Counted from the first letter of the stretch, positions 29,581 to 40,281 are shown. The stretch: 63,432 nucleotides of DNA from a virus (IMGVR_UViG_3300025000_000097:1-63432), one strand, 5' to 3'. The notes: generated by a model from the sequence alone, not told the origin. Numbers and translations: made by a program.

Positions 29581-30711
29581 TTAAACGCGTTTCCAGTCCC
29601 AGTGCTTCGCCAGCTCAACCACCGTCTTCAGCTCTGTGAACACGGCTGGTCTGTATCTGTCCGGATGCTTGAGCAGCCTTCGCAGCAGATCATATGGCTT
29701 TTCCTTGGTGATGCTCGTTGCCGTGAAGTTCTTATATTCATCCGTGCGCTTAAGGATTGCCATGAGCTGCTCAGATACAATGATGATCTTCGCACCATTA
29801 CCGTAGAGCGACCGAGCGCTGTCAGCTTCCCGCTGGCTTGTTACCGGGTAAGCAGTACAGCCGTGCTCACAATACCAGCTGCCGCCGATATACTTGACGG
29901 TCTCAGTCGGTATCTGCCAGACATAGCTATCAATGTGCTCAATATCTGGTGCCTTATCTTCTATCATCTTCTTGATGATTTCAGCATGCCCCGCCTGACC
30001 AGCCCACATCGCTGCTGTCTTGTAATAGATATCGAACTCGTTAATCAGATCGCGGTCACGACCGATCTTGACATGCTTCGGTTCGAAATCGTAACCATAG
30101 GCCGCCTTAGGAAGGGTGGTGATGTGCAGGCCTCTAACGAATATCTGTCCCTTGTACTTAGGATCAAGAAGAATTACACCTTGAGTCGCTATCAGGAACA
30201 CGTGCTGATTATCAGTGTGTAGGTTCCTGTTGCTGTCTACAATGGTAGCGTACTCCTCTGCCGTTATACCATTTATGCTGAAAATCAGATCATGTTCAGG
30301 ACAGGCTTTGAAGCGGTACTTGATAATATTGATATTGAGGACTGCAGTATTGAAGGCCTCACTGATCTTGATAGTTGGGGTCCAAACAGAGGGATTGTTG
30401 TAGATGGTGACGGTCTTCCCTAGACGTAGCAAAACAGCCAAGGCCAACTTGTAGCCCTCCCCAAACTGCCCTATGACGTTCTCATTCTTGGCCTTGCTCG
30501 TCTTCCCCAGGACAAGCGTGGACACATCCAGCGCGCTCTTCCTGTTGCCTATACGAAGCACCAAGGTCTGCGGGTTATAATCGAACAACAGCTCATTCTC
30601 AGGGTCCACTGTCTGCTGATCGAGGGCGTTCTGATATATCTCTCTGATAGCGGCCTGTATGTTCCAGTCTCCTACATACTCAGGTGATATGGTCAGCTCT
30701 AAATTTGGCAT
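29581..30711 (-). CDS. GHKL-family ATPase
   Basis: AIREIYQNALD, LGKTSK, IGQFGEGYKLAL. Confidence 0.85.
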   Translation of the reverse strand: MPNLELTISPEYVGDWNIQAAIREIYQNALDQQTVDPENELLFDYNPQTLVLRIGNRKSALDVSTLVLGKTSKAKNENVIGQFGEGYKLALAVLLRLGKTVTIYNNPSVWTPTIKISEAFNTAVLNINIIKYRFKACPEHDLIFSINGITAEEYATIVDSNRNLHTDNQHVFLIATQGVILLDPKYKGQIFVRGLHITTLPKAAYGYDFEPKHVKIGRDRDLINEFDIYYKTAAMWAGQAGHAEIIKKMIEDKAPDIEHIDSYVWQIPTETVKYIGGSWYCEHGCTAYPVTSQREADSARSLYGNGAKIIIVSEQLMAILKRTDEYKNFTATSITKEKPYDLLRRLLKHPDRYRPAVFTELKTVVELAKHWDWKRV

Positions 30712-30823
30712 GTTACTCTCCTATAATCATTGATTTTATGCAGGCGGCGCGTGAGCATCTTATTGCCATGAGCATCGATGCCGCCCCCGCTACTCCGATA
30801 GCGTAACACTGCCTAAATTGGAT

Positions 30824-31612
30824 TTATTTCTTCTTAGATGCAGTAGCTTTCGGTGGCTCTACCAAGGCCTTCTTGAAGTCCATAATGCTGAACAAGTCCT
30901 GGGGGAACTCCACTCCCTTCTCACGCCGCTCCTTGACCATTGCTTTGAGTGTAGCGGCATTGATCGAGAGCTTCTCCTCGCCGGCAGTTTCGCAGAATAC
31001 CTTGGAGAAGGCAATGATCGCCTCACCCTTGGTCATGCCTACGGCATCCGCTGGTATGATCTTGTTCTCCTTGGCGACCATGAATAACTCTGTTGCTATG
31101 TCGGTTGTCAGCGGGAACTGTTCCTTTCGGCGGTCAAGGCTGAATTTAATCTCATCGTTCACTATGTCCCCGAGGCCATGTTCATCCATCCACGGAAGCA
31201 GCAAGGTCCACATATTGACCTTCAATGCAGCCCGAATATCTTCCTTAATGGTTACCGTGTAACCATTTGACAGCTTGAACTGTGATAGACCCACGCCGCC
31301 GACAGCAGCCATCGCAGCAGGCAGATCAATCTCACTCAGCTTGCGATATTCAGAGAGGCGCTCAACAAGAGCTCCGATTAGATTAGCGATGCTGAACCCC
31401 TTGAGCGATTCCAGCGGCTGAACCTTCTCTCTTTTGGCCCAGTCACGTAGTCCCTGTATCGCATCACCAGTAGGTCCCTTGGTTATGCCCTCGCCGAGCA
31501 GCTCGAGCTGTTTCTGAGCGAGCTGTGTCACCCGTGCGAGCTCATCGATTGCAGGCTCCTCATCAATACCTGCATTTGCTATCTGATCCATGAAGCTGTT
31601 CTTCTCCGTCAT
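30824..31612 (-). CDS. conserved phage replication-module protein
   Basis: DLPAAM...FKL.NG..VTIKE...GLGDIV...TLKAMVKE. Confidence 0.7.
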   Translation of the reverse strand: MTEKNSFMDQIANAGIDEEPAIDELARVTQLAQKQLELLGEGITKGPTGDAIQGLRDWAKREKVQPLESLKGFSIANLIGALVERLSEYRKLSEIDLPAAMAAVGGVGLSQFKLSNGYTVTIKEDIRAALKVNMWTLLLPWMDEHGLGDIVNDEIKFSLDRRKEQFPLTTDIATELFMVAKENKIIPADAVGMTKGEAIIAFSKVFCETAGEEKLSINAATLKAMVKERREKGVEFPQDLFSIMDFKKALVEPPKATASKKK

Positions 31613-31623
31613 ACAATCCTCCC

Positions 31624-32016
31624 TTAAGCAGTAAATGTGCCCGACGTCAGTGGTGTAGTGCCGAGCTTCTTGTTGATATCCACCTCAACCTTTATGTAAT
31701 CACGTGCATCGCGGTCATGCTTGAGCAGCTTGAAGCGCCCTCTGTTGTTAGCCGAGGCGATCGCAACGGCCATGGCTATAGCTGAAGGGTCACCAGCAGG
31801 GATCAAATAGTCATCATCACAGAAATCCCGCAAACCTTCCTTCAGTGCAAAGATCGTAGGTGCTGGGCTCAATGCGACCTGACCTTGCGGCAGCAGTATG
31901 ATGATTTCACCGTATTTGGCCGCCTTATTGAAGTTGAACACAGTGACCAATTTCTGCTGTGCGTGGTCAAATTTTGTCGGTTCCTGTACTACGAATACTC
32001 TTGATTTTTCACTCAT
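31624..32016 (-). CDS. conserved phage protein
   Basis: VFVVQEP...AKYGE...DDYLIPAGDP. Confidence 0.7.
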   Translation of the reverse strand: MSEKSRVFVVQEPTKFDHAQQKLVTVFNFNKAAKYGEIIILLPQGQVALSPAPTIFALKEGLRDFCDDDYLIPAGDPSAIAMAVAIASANNRGRFKLLKHDRDARDYIKVEVDINKKLGTTPLTSGTFTA

Positions 32017-32044
32017 GATTGCAGCTCCTATTAACAATGATCTG

Positions 32045-32073
32045 ACTATATATAGCTTTTTCTTCTTTGTACA
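32045..32073 (-). promoter_or_regulatory. TGTACA-family promoter
   Basis: TGTACA-17-TATAGT. Confidence 0.65.
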
Positions 32074-32102
32074 TAGTTATTTTACTTGCGAGCAATTATT
32101 TT

Positions 32103-33848
32103 CTAAATCCAATTGATTAGCTTATCGCCGGTAATCATGTCTGCGAGTTCTTTCTTATCTCTGAGGGCCTGAACAACCTTCTCATCGAGTGTATCGGGCG
32201 CGATCCAATCGATTACCCCCAGGTTGTTCTTCTGCCCTGGACTGTGCGGACGATCCTCGCTCTGTAATCTATCCTCAAGGGAGAAGCTGTTGCTGTAGTA
32301 GTGCTCAGTTGCAGCTGAACACAGATTCTGTCCTCGGCTGACCCCTTTGGCTGCTGGATTAGCCACCAGAAACCGTGGTAACTCAGCCTCACGGAACAAA
32401 TCTATCGTGATCTGTCGCTGCTCGGACTTCTGCCCACCGTGAGCTTCACCCACGGCATCAGGGCCATATTTTTCCCGAAGCGCCTTAGCGATCGCTCGGA
32501 GCTCAGACTTGAATCGTGCCCAGATAAGCACCTTTCCAAAAGTCTGCTCGATATCCTCCAGGAGGGATTCTATCCTGGGGTTCACCTTATCGATCGGAAT
32601 ACCATCTAAATCTGCAAAGTTATCGGCGATGCGCTCCAGATTGTTATCCTCGAACAATCCGAGCTGAATGCTCTCATCAGGGACGTAGAAGCCCCCGATT
32701 ATCTGTTGGAGGCGCAGCATCTTCACGAGGGCATTAGATGCAGTCACGAACTTACCGTTGACCTCTACCAGGCTGCGGCGCTTCAGCTCATTATACATCT
32801 GCTGCTGCTTGGTCGATAATGGCACGTAGCGCTTCTGGTATACCTTCTCAGGGAGGTCAAGACAATCAACCTTCAGGACACGATCAGAGTGCGGATCGAT
32901 CAATGCTTTGAGCTCATCAAGTTTCTGGTAGCCAGCGATGACGGTGTACACATCCCCAGGCTGCAACACTATAAGCTCAGTGCCGCCATGCTTGCCTTCT
33001 ATACTCCAATTGAGGTCATATAGTGTCCGCATCTTTTTCTGCACCAAAATGAAGTCTATATTCCGGCCATCTTCCATCGGCTGTTGTCCTGCCGTTATCA
33101 CCCCATTCTCCTCAGACAGTATTGGAGGACCCCATGAATATGAGCCGAGCTTTCCAGCGATGCCATCAAGCTTACCACATATGAACCGCTTCATCTGGCC
33201 TTGGGTCTCAAGTATAGCATAACGATTGCGGAAAGCGTACCAGCTCGACGTGCGGAGGATATGCGGGTCCAAGAAGGTGAACTGTGGGAATATGTCTAGC
33301 GGTGACTGCGTAACCGGAGTACCATTCAGTAAACGTCGTATCGGGGCTAATCCAGCTAGTTTAAGCACGGCTTCAGTCTGACTGGCATTGAAGGTCTTTA
33401 TTATCGAGCCCTCATCAATAGTGAGCATGCTGCGATAAGACTGTAGGAATTGTTTTGCGAAGGCGAACCCCTTAGGCGTACGGATAGCTTCGATATTCAT
33501 AGACAGCACACGTAGACCATGACTCGTGGTCTTCATCAGGCGTTCAAGCTCTTTCTTCTGCATGGCCTTGGGTGTAGACTCATAAGCAAAGGCCTCGCAG
33601 CCGGTATATTCTGGCATGTGTGTAGGTATCTCATTCTTCACCCAATTCAGATGCACGCCATTAGGTGCAATGACTAATGCCCCTGTTATGTTGCCACGTG
33701 AATGCTGATATGCCATGGTGTCTATAGTGATCTTAGATTTGCCTGTCCGTTGCTCCCATAGATGGGCGTGAGCTTCTCTGTCACGATACAGCAAGAACCG
33801 CTCATGCTGATGATCGAAAGGGTCTGTTTTGTACTTGTAATCGATCAT
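32103..33848 (-). CDS. SNF2-family helicase
   Basis: PFDHQ, EQRTGKS, IDEG, LNGTP, LRLQQI, QSEDRPH. Confidence 0.9.
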   Translation of the reverse strand: MIDYKYKTDPFDHQHERFLLYRDREAHAHLWEQRTGKSKITIDTMAYQHSRGNITGALVIAPNGVHLNWVKNEIPTHMPEYTGCEAFAYESTPKAMQKKELERLMKTTSHGLRVLSMNIEAIRTPKGFAFAKQFLQSYRSMLTIDEGSIIKTFNASQTEAVLKLAGLAPIRRLLNGTPVTQSPLDIFPQFTFLDPHILRTSSWYAFRNRYAILETQGQMKRFICGKLDGIAGKLGSYSWGPPILSEENGVITAGQQPMEDGRNIDFILVQKKMRTLYDLNWSIEGKHGGTELIVLQPGDVYTVIAGYQKLDELKALIDPHSDRVLKVDCLDLPEKVYQKRYVPLSTKQQQMYNELKRRSLVEVNGKFVTASNALVKMLRLQQIIGGFYVPDESIQLGLFEDNNLERIADNFADLDGIPIDKVNPRIESLLEDIEQTFGKVLIWARFKSELRAIAKALREKYGPDAVGEAHGGQKSEQRQITIDLFREAELPRFLVANPAAKGVSRGQNLCSAATEHYYSNSFSLEDRLQSEDRPHSPGQKNNLGVIDWIAPDTLDEKVVQALRDKKELADMITGDKLINWI

Positions 33849-34260
33849 CGCCGCAGCCCTTTCAAAACTGCCCCGCATTGGTTGCATATATAAACGCTTT
33901 GGAAGCTGCGTATCCTTTCCGTCCGTAAGTACCATGCAATCCTATCAGGTTCTCTCCTGGGGGAGAGAGCTCTGCACCCACAGGACAGCTGTTGCACGTT
34001 GATGCCGATCTTATACTCTAGCCACAGATACCAGAGGATATAGATTAAAAGACAGCAGACAAAAATACCTAGGCCTTGTTCAAGGGTAATCATAATGCAG
34101 CTCCTATTAAATTAGTATGCAGTCCTTAATCCTTTTATCGTTGTTATGATAGCATAAAAGAAGGCCTATTGTATACGACCATTTTATTATTATCGTTTAA
34201 TATTTTATCATATACATGCACATAAAAAATAAAAATAAAAAACATCGAAGAAAAAGAAAG

Positions 34261-34408
34261 CACCCCAGGCTAACAACAAATACGTTGAGGGTAATAGAAT
34301 ATTTATGATAAGTCATTGTAATTTTTATCATAAATACGCAAAATACAATAATATGCACTTTTAAAAAAATGGAGAAAAGAAAAAAGTATAAAAATATTCC
34401 CTATATAT
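34261..34408. repeat. AT-rich intergenic imperfect direct repeat, copy 2
   Basis: See 5444-5600. Confidence 0.7.
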
Positions 34409-34418
34409 GTACGAACCA

Positions 34419-36107
34419 TCAATACGTGCTTACATCCTTGGTATCGTCAGCAGTGATCGTAATTGTCTTGCTGAAATATGTTACCACTGGATTAGTGCCT
34501 CGCTTACACTCGATGGTTATCATTGCACCTTTGTCAACCAGTGTACCTGCGAGGCCATCTGCCGGATCGATGATGCTGCCAGTAGTGGCTACTGAGCAGA
34601 CAACAGATTGATTGCTTAAGATTGAACCATTGGCTGTTTGCGTGCCGGTTGGGGTCAGGGTGAGCGTATCCCCTTCAGCCCATACAGCCCCAAGCTCTTT
34701 GATCGAACCATATAGCCGCTGGTTGTCAGGGTTGGTGGGGGCTGGGATAGTCACCACAGGACCAATATAATCTGGGATGTAGAAGGAGTCGATCATATCA
34801 CCACGAGTAACTGGGGGATCAGAGCCAGCAACCACAGTAGCCATGGGGTCAACCCCTGCTGTGAGGTCTGAAATCTTGACTGCAAGACTGCCTTCCACTG
34901 TGTGGTCTGCAAGTAGTGCATCAAGAACCCCAGTAGCTACTGCTGTGGTATCCACCGTTGCTGTAGCATTAGCCTCAACCTTACCACCAACAAACACCAA
35001 CTGGTCTGTCTTGAGCTTGATTGCTGCTGTGCTGGTGTTATCAGGAGCTATGTAGTTGGCAGCTAGCAGAGGGGTGGTTGGAATAGCATCCACACTAGCC
35101 TGGGTAGCTGAGGTCTTTGCCGCATCATAGGCTCCAGTCAAGGTCATTGCTGCACCTGCCGCAAGGGTTGACCTAGAGCTTATTGTAGCATCTAGGTTGG
35201 TAAGCTTGGTGCTGTTGGTATCCATTTCAGTTCTGATTTGCAATACTGTGGGTGGTGCAGTAGCCAATGAGTATCCTGTTTTATCTGCAACAGTCGCAGG
35301 AACTGTGAACCCAAATGCTGACAGAGTTCTGGTTGCTGCTCCCCATACTGCGGTGGCTATATCAGCAACCAATGAGCCAAAGGTAGTCAATGAACGGGTA
35401 GCGTTTGCCCACACCGCTGTAGCTGTTTCCGCAGCCGTTGGTGGTGCTGTGGCAAGACTGAACCCGGTCTTGTCAGCTACTATTACTCCGGCTGTGACTG
35501 AAGCAACAGAACCCATATTGGAGCCCACTGCTGCTGGCTGTGCTGGGAGGTTGTCAGTCTTGAGCTTGATTGCGCTAATCTCTGTATCAAGATATCCAGC
35601 CACCACTCCAAGAGTAGTCTCTTTGGCAACTGTGCTATCTACCGCCAGCCCATGACCTGCAGCAAGCGTATAGTTGGACTTGTCATTGTTGGTGGTGACT
35701 GTTACTCCTGCTGTGACTGAGGCTACCGCTCCACCGGCATATGTTGATCTGGTTGACACAGCAGCATCGAGATTTGCAAGCTTGGTACTGTTGGTGTCTA
35801 ACTCCGTCCTTACTTCCACAGCTGTCAGAGGATCAACTACAGGGAATGTTTGTACCGTTGCATTGCAAGCTGCTGTGTTGGTGAACGTGAACGCCACCTG
35901 AGTGTAGTTGGTCTCAGCCTGGGCTGGTGCATATGACCAGTAACCATTGCCCTCATGAACACAGGCTCCAGCGCCAACCGAACCAGCTGCTTGAGTCCCG
36001 GCATCACCCGTTACATAAACCGTGGTATCCCCGGTGACAACAGGAGTGCCGTCAGTTTTTGAGAGTAACTGGCATCCGATAAATTGACCCGCTATATTAC
36101 GCCTCAT
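34419..36107 (-). CDS. Ala/Thr-rich repetitive putative virion/fibre protein
   Basis: Start MRRNIAG; internal repeats RTE.DTNSTKL.NLDA and ADKTG.SLATAPPT. Confidence 0.7.
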   Translation of the reverse strand: MRRNIAGQFIGCQLLSKTDGTPVVTGDTTVYVTGDAGTQAAGSVGAGACVHEGNGYWSYAPAQAETNYTQVAFTFTNTAACNATVQTFPVVDPLTAVEVRTELDTNSTKLANLDAAVSTRSTYAGGAVASVTAGVTVTTNNDKSNYTLAAGHGLAVDSTVAKETTLGVVAGYLDTEISAIKLKTDNLPAQPAAVGSNMGSVASVTAGVIVADKTGFSLATAPPTAAETATAVWANATRSLTTFGSLVADIATAVWGAATRTLSAFGFTVPATVADKTGYSLATAPPTVLQIRTEMDTNSTKLTNLDATISSRSTLAAGAAMTLTGAYDAAKTSATQASVDAIPTTPLLAANYIAPDNTSTAAIKLKTDQLVFVGGKVEANATATVDTTAVATGVLDALLADHTVEGSLAVKISDLTAGVDPMATVVAGSDPPVTRGDMIDSFYIPDYIGPVVTIPAPTNPDNQRLYGSIKELGAVWAEGDTLTLTPTGTQTANGSILSNQSVVCSVATTGSIIDPADGLAGTLVDKGAMITIECKRGTNPVVTYFSKTITITADDTKDVSTY

Positions 36108-36949
36108 AGGAATGCTCCTGGCTGAATTATTTGGTTTGATTGCAATGCCCAGAATGGCTTGAATGTTGGTGTTCCCCCATCCTCCACCCACACCCACTTG
36201 ATCTCTGGCTCGTATATCTGCCAGGGGTTTGCGGATAAGCTGGCTATTTCGGAGGCGGAGAGGGCTCTTGAGTGCACCAATACTACCTGGAGATTTATGT
36301 TTGAACTGTATACACCTGTTGAAAAAAACCGGGCATCCCCACCAAGACCAATCTGGGCTGTTGTATCAATATACCGTGTTGCTGTAGCCGTAACTTTATA
36401 ATCGTTTGCATCCCCAGAAGGTTTGGCGGAGGAGTAGAGTTTTACACCTACACCATCAAATACATACCCGACTGTGCATACAGCATCATAGGGGAATCCC
36501 CCAACAATATAGGGTGTTACTGCGGCCCCATTTGATGATATCCAAGCACATTGTATAGATGGCCCCTCGCCTGTCCTCAATGATACAGGTGCTGTAGTAT
36601 ACCTAACTGAGTATAATCCTTCATACGCCGCTGCACCAACCTCTGGCCTGCTTGCACGAGCTATTACTGTCTGTGGGCCTGTAAGTTGAGATGGTGTGGT
36701 CCCTTGCCCGGTTATCGCGTGTCCACCAGCAGCATCAACGCATTGCAGCCCGTTACTATTAAAAAATGCTGCTGTTTTTAGTGTGGCATTGGCATGACCA
36801 ACAGAGTCAAAGGCCGTAGCACCTGCACCCTCATTAAACGCCCAAGCACCCGCCAACCCCTCAACACCCCAATGTCCATCAGAGCGCAGGGGAGTGCCAA
36901 GCGGTGGCTTGCTGGTCCAATCTACCTTTTTACGGGTCCAGTAGCCCAT
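36104..36949 (-). CDS. LamG/concanavalin A-like domain protein
   Basis: GAWAFNEGAGATAFD...RALSASEI...NPW. Confidence 0.75.
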   Translation of the reverse strand: MGYWTRKKVDWTSKPPLGTPLRSDGHWGVEGLAGAWAFNEGAGATAFDSVGHANATLKTAAFFNSNGLQCVDAAGGHAITGQGTTPSQLTGPQTVIARASRPEVGAAAYEGLYSVRYTTAPVSLRTGEGPSIQCAWISSNGAAVTPYIVGGFPYDAVCTVGYVFDGVGVKLYSSAKPSGDANDYKVTATATRYIDTTAQIGLGGDARFFSTGVYSSNINLQVVLVHSRALSASEIASLSANPWQIYEPEIKWVWVEDGGTPTFKPFWALQSNQIIQPGAFL

Positions 36950-37344
36950 CAGATAGAAATCCCGTCTTTTTTAACATACACGTTCGGGGTATACGCTCCG
37001 GCAGTCACGCCGTACTTCCGCACCTCAACCCGGAATTTAGAGCATCCAGAGACCTTATGAGGGCGGTACTGTGTTGTGGAAGCCACAAACGGCACAGAGC
37101 CAGCAGTCGTTGCAACTGTGTTGGCAACTTCGGAGCTATCGTCCAGCGTGGTGATGATCCGGTATGAGATATCAGCACCGGTCGCGCCAAAAGCTACACC
37201 TATCTGCAATTCCGCAGATTCGCCGGGGTTGAGCGTGTCCCATTGAGTGAAATGGTTTGTGGCTGTATAGTTGGCGTCCACGTTGGTTGTTTCGCTGAGT
37301 TCGGTATTTAATCCGGTTAGCGTTGCTTTTGCGCTCCATGTCAT
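36949..37344 (-). CDS. hypothetical (putative structural) protein
   Basis: Coupled within the operon. Confidence 0.65.
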   Translation of the reverse strand: MTWSAKATLTGLNTELSETTNVDANYTATNHFTQWDTLNPGESAELQIGVAFGATGADISYRIITTLDDSSEVANTVATTAGSVPFVASTTQYRPHKVSGCSKFRVEVRKYGVTAGAYTPNVYVKKDGISI

Positions 37345-37345
37345 A

Positions 37346-37654
37346 TCAGCCCCCTATCACCGTCTGGATCGGATCAAATATCTGATTGACCGCTGATTCA
37401 AAGTCTGTGCTTGTCGGAAATCTTGCTACTCGCAATGTCTCTAACTCCTGTAATTTGCCGAGATACGAAAATACCTGCTCATTGAGTTGGCGGGTAATCT
37501 CCTGTTGGAAATCAGGTTCAGAGATGTTGTAGCTGGCGGAGATGCCTGTTGAGGCAATCACGGCTTCCCCGGCGTAGATGTTGAGAGTGGCCGAGACTGA
37601 GCAGACATTGTAGCCCTGGTAGCTGTATGATCTGTTCTCTATTTTTGGTGTCAT
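37346..37654 (-). CDS. hypothetical protein
   Basis: AAGGAG RBS. Confidence 0.65.
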   Translation of the reverse strand: MTPKIENRSYSYQGYNVCSVSATLNIYAGEAVIASTGISASYNISEPDFQQEITRQLNEQVFSYLGKLQELETLRVARFPTSTDFESAVNQIFDPIQTVIGG

Positions 37655-37667
37655 CTTGGTTGCTCCT

Positions 37668-38000
37668 TTACTGAACGTCTACTGTAACTGTCACGGTGAT
37701 CTTCATCCCCGCTGGTGCTCCCGGCATACCTGGCATGGTTACTGTGTTACTTGGTGCAGATTCTCCAGTCATATTGGCAGCGGTCACATAGAACGAATGG
37801 GCGGACGGTGTTACTGATGGCAGCGTTACTGTAGTTGCTGGGGATATTACCGTGGCTACCTTTACGCCGTCTTGATAGACACGATACTCTGTTACTTGTT
37901 CTGATGCAGCATTGGCGTCCCACTGAAGTTTGACCGTGGTGGCGGATGCCGTTGTAGCCAGTGCCAGTGTTAAGATTATTGCCAGTATGATGTTTTTCAT
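37668..38000 (-). CDS. secreted fibronectin type III domain protein
   Basis: Signal peptide; VKLQWD...YRVY...FYVTA...ESAPSN. Confidence 0.8.
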   Translation of the reverse strand: MKNIILAIILTLALATTASATTVKLQWDANAASEQVTEYRVYQDGVKVATVISPATTVTLPSVTPSAHSFYVTAANMTGESAPSNTVTMPGMPGAPAGMKITVTVTVDVQ

Positions 38001-38047
38001 GATGAACTCCTTTAATTATAATACCACGAGTCTCACGGAAAGTAAAC

Positions 38048-38338
38048 CTATTTAAGCTGTTCAACTGCGGCCGCAATGGCCGTATCGATCATTTTTTCAG
38101 AGAAGTCCTTTGTCATCTGCAGGCCCTGTTTCTTCAGTTCATCCAGCACAAGATCATACGCGTCGTCATGTTTTACAGAGTTACTTGCAACACTACCCGC
38201 ATATTTTGCAATCGTTATTCTAACGGCAGCAAGCGCAGCCGCTTCCACAACAGGCGCACTTGCACGAAGAAACTCTTTTATCACGGGCCAAAGAAATGTA
38301 CCCATTCGTGACATCATTAATTTCATTTTTTCCCACAT
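38048..38338 (-). CDS. hypothetical protein (possible lysis accessory)
   Basis: AAGGAG RBS; K...A...IDTAIAAAV pattern. Confidence 0.55.
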   Translation of the reverse strand: MWEKMKLMMSRMGTFLWPVIKEFLRASAPVVEAAALAAVRITIAKYAGSVASNSVKHDDAYDLVLDELKKQGLQMTKDFSEKMIDTAIAAAVEQLK

Positions 38339-38455
38339 GAGAGTATCTCCTTTATTCGTTTGAAGAAGTTGATGACTGGGTATTCCCAATCAATGTTCCA
38401 CGTCTTCTGGAAAGTGATCTTCTGGTCTTTGCCCAAGACCCTTTCCAGTTCCTCT

Positions 38456-38728
38456 TTACTCAGCTTTGGCGACACTTGATGCCTCTTTAACTGCGGCGGT
38501 GTTCTTGTCGATCTTGCCGCCAATACCAAGAGCAACGCAACCGCCTGTCACTGACCCTATGCTTTCCTCAAGCGACATATGCGGTACGCCAGGAACTATG
38601 TCCGGCCATATGAAGTTGATAATGCCAATGATACCAAGCAGTATCAGACCAAACCCGCCGATCTTGGTTTTGTACCCGTCGAACTTCCCGCCTACCCACC
38701 GCAACCCTTTTCCAATAATCCAATCCAT
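38456..38728 (-). CDS. putative holin (2 TM)
   Basis: GYKTKIGG followed by TM segments; near the endolysin. Confidence 0.55.
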   Translation of the reverse strand: MDWIIGKGLRWVGGKFDGYKTKIGGFGLILLGIIGIINFIWPDIVPGVPHMSLEESIGSVTGGCVALGIGGKIDKNTAAVKEASSVAKAE

Positions 38729-39046
38729 TGCAAACCCCCTTCTACCTTAGTTTTACCCACTTTTTCTACGGCCATCTTCTGACACAGATATAACTTATAC
38801 CACAAATGCATCTGTAATTGGTGCCTACACCTGAATGATCTGGTCTGTAGTCTTTGCAGCTATGCCTACTCGTTCAGCCTCCTCAATAAGCGCAGAATAC
38901 CATCAAGCGCTTTCTGTTCATTCTCAAGATAAGGACAATTTTCATGGCCTACGACAGTTACATGATACTTGGTACGAAGCACTGCTATTGCTAGTGCAAG
39001 ATCACTTCGGATATCCTCTTTCTTGAGCGTGACCATAGCACCCTCC

Positions 39047-39439
39047 TTATATGACTAACTCGATATGAGGTCTGTCCTTGAATGAATGTTCGAGGGTGTT
39101 GAAGTCCCCATCCCAATCCGCACCTATTCTGATCTTGATGCCCATCATTGCTGCAACGCCTAGGTATACGCCGGCAAGCAATGAGAATGCCTCTTCATCT
39201 TTCCAGTTGATCGGATACGGAGAAACGTCGATTGCTTCACTCGGGAACTTGTTGTGCTTACCCTTGGGCCATTCAATTGTGCTGTTGCCATCAGCTACGG
39301 CCTTGTCCTGATCCTTCTTGTTTCTGTGACCACAAATTACAGAGTGGTCAAAGTATTTTATGACCTCATTTGCAAGTCGTTGAAGATCAGGATGGCACGT
39401 TGCAAGATTTGATGTTGATACCTTTCCGAATATGCTCAT
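39047..39439 (-). CDS. endolysin, M15 L-Ala-D-Glu peptidase
   Basis: CHPDL, GHRN..Q, KHN...AID, DRPHIEL. Confidence 0.9.
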   Translation of the reverse strand: MSIFGKVSTSNLATCHPDLQRLANEVIKYFDHSVICGHRNKKDQDKAVADGNSTIEWPKGKHNKFPSEAIDVSPYPINWKDEEAFSLLAGVYLGVAAMMGIKIRIGADWDGDFNTLEHSFKDRPHIELVI

Positions 39440-39777
39440 TTCAAAGAACCTCCATGTTTCACAAATTCAACAATGATATACTTAGCTAGAAGTAATAACC
39501 CACTAAGAGTAGCCCCCACCAAACCCAAAACAATTGCAGTGTATGCTAGCGTATGAGTTCTATTGATGTTCTTTGCGACACTCTGTAACGTTCGTGATTC
39601 TTCTTCTTGGAATGGGCAATCATGACCACCCGCAATTTTAGCAATCTTGTATATCAGCAGAACATCACCTTTTGTGAGTGAATACTCTCTACGCTCCATT
39701 CCTGCATGGTCGCTACTGTCAGGAAGGTCATCAATGATTTCCCTCAGCTTTTCTACATCAGTGTCATGGTTTGGCAT
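39436..39777 (-). CDS. membrane protein (holin-like)
   Basis: C-terminal TM; coupled to the endolysin. Confidence 0.55.
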   Translation of the reverse strand: MPNHDTDVEKLREIIDDLPDSSDHAGMERREYSLTKGDVLLIYKIAKIAGGHDCPFQEEESRTLQSVAKNINRTHTLAYTAIVLGLVGATLSGLLLLAKYIIVEFVKHGGSLK

Positions 39778-39800
39778 TGATTACCTCCGGTTGTAAGATA

Positions 39801-40151
39801 TTAATACTGGAATACTTTGAAATTCAAACCTATACCTCTGCTAGCATTTCTCCACACAGAACGTGTTTCAATAAGTGTGATAGCTCCATACACCCAAGGA
39901 GCCCATTTGTCATTGAGAACATAATGGCTTGCAACTACTGCTAAGAATATCGATCCAAAATATAAGTCGACAATCTCCTGGGAGGGCTGCTTTCCCATAA
40001 TAGGGTTCTTTTCATAATGGCCCATCTCTCTCAGGTCTTTAGTCTGCGCCCAATCAGCGGCAAGTGTTGTCAGTGCAGCGGTGTACGTGATCTGTTTCAA
40101 AGAACAACCGTTCAGCATGACCAGAATAACAATCAAATAAAGATATCTCAT
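39801..40151 (-). CDS. putative lipoprotein/membrane protein
   Basis: LNGC lipobox; DWAQT...EKNPIMG. Confidence 0.6.
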   Translation of the reverse strand: MRYLYLIVILVMLNGCSLKQITYTAALTTLAADWAQTKDLREMGHYEKNPIMGKQPSQEIVDLYFGSIFLAVVASHYVLNDKWAPWVYGAITLIETRSVWRNASRGIGLNFKVFQY

Positions 40152-40281
40152 TTAGCATCCTCACACTTATCTGCATTAAAGGCATACTTACAGTTTTCTT
40201 TCTTTTTCGGACACCAAGGATATAACCTTGGTTCAAGGACCACATGCTCACATATATAGAATGGATACCACGGAGTTTTCT

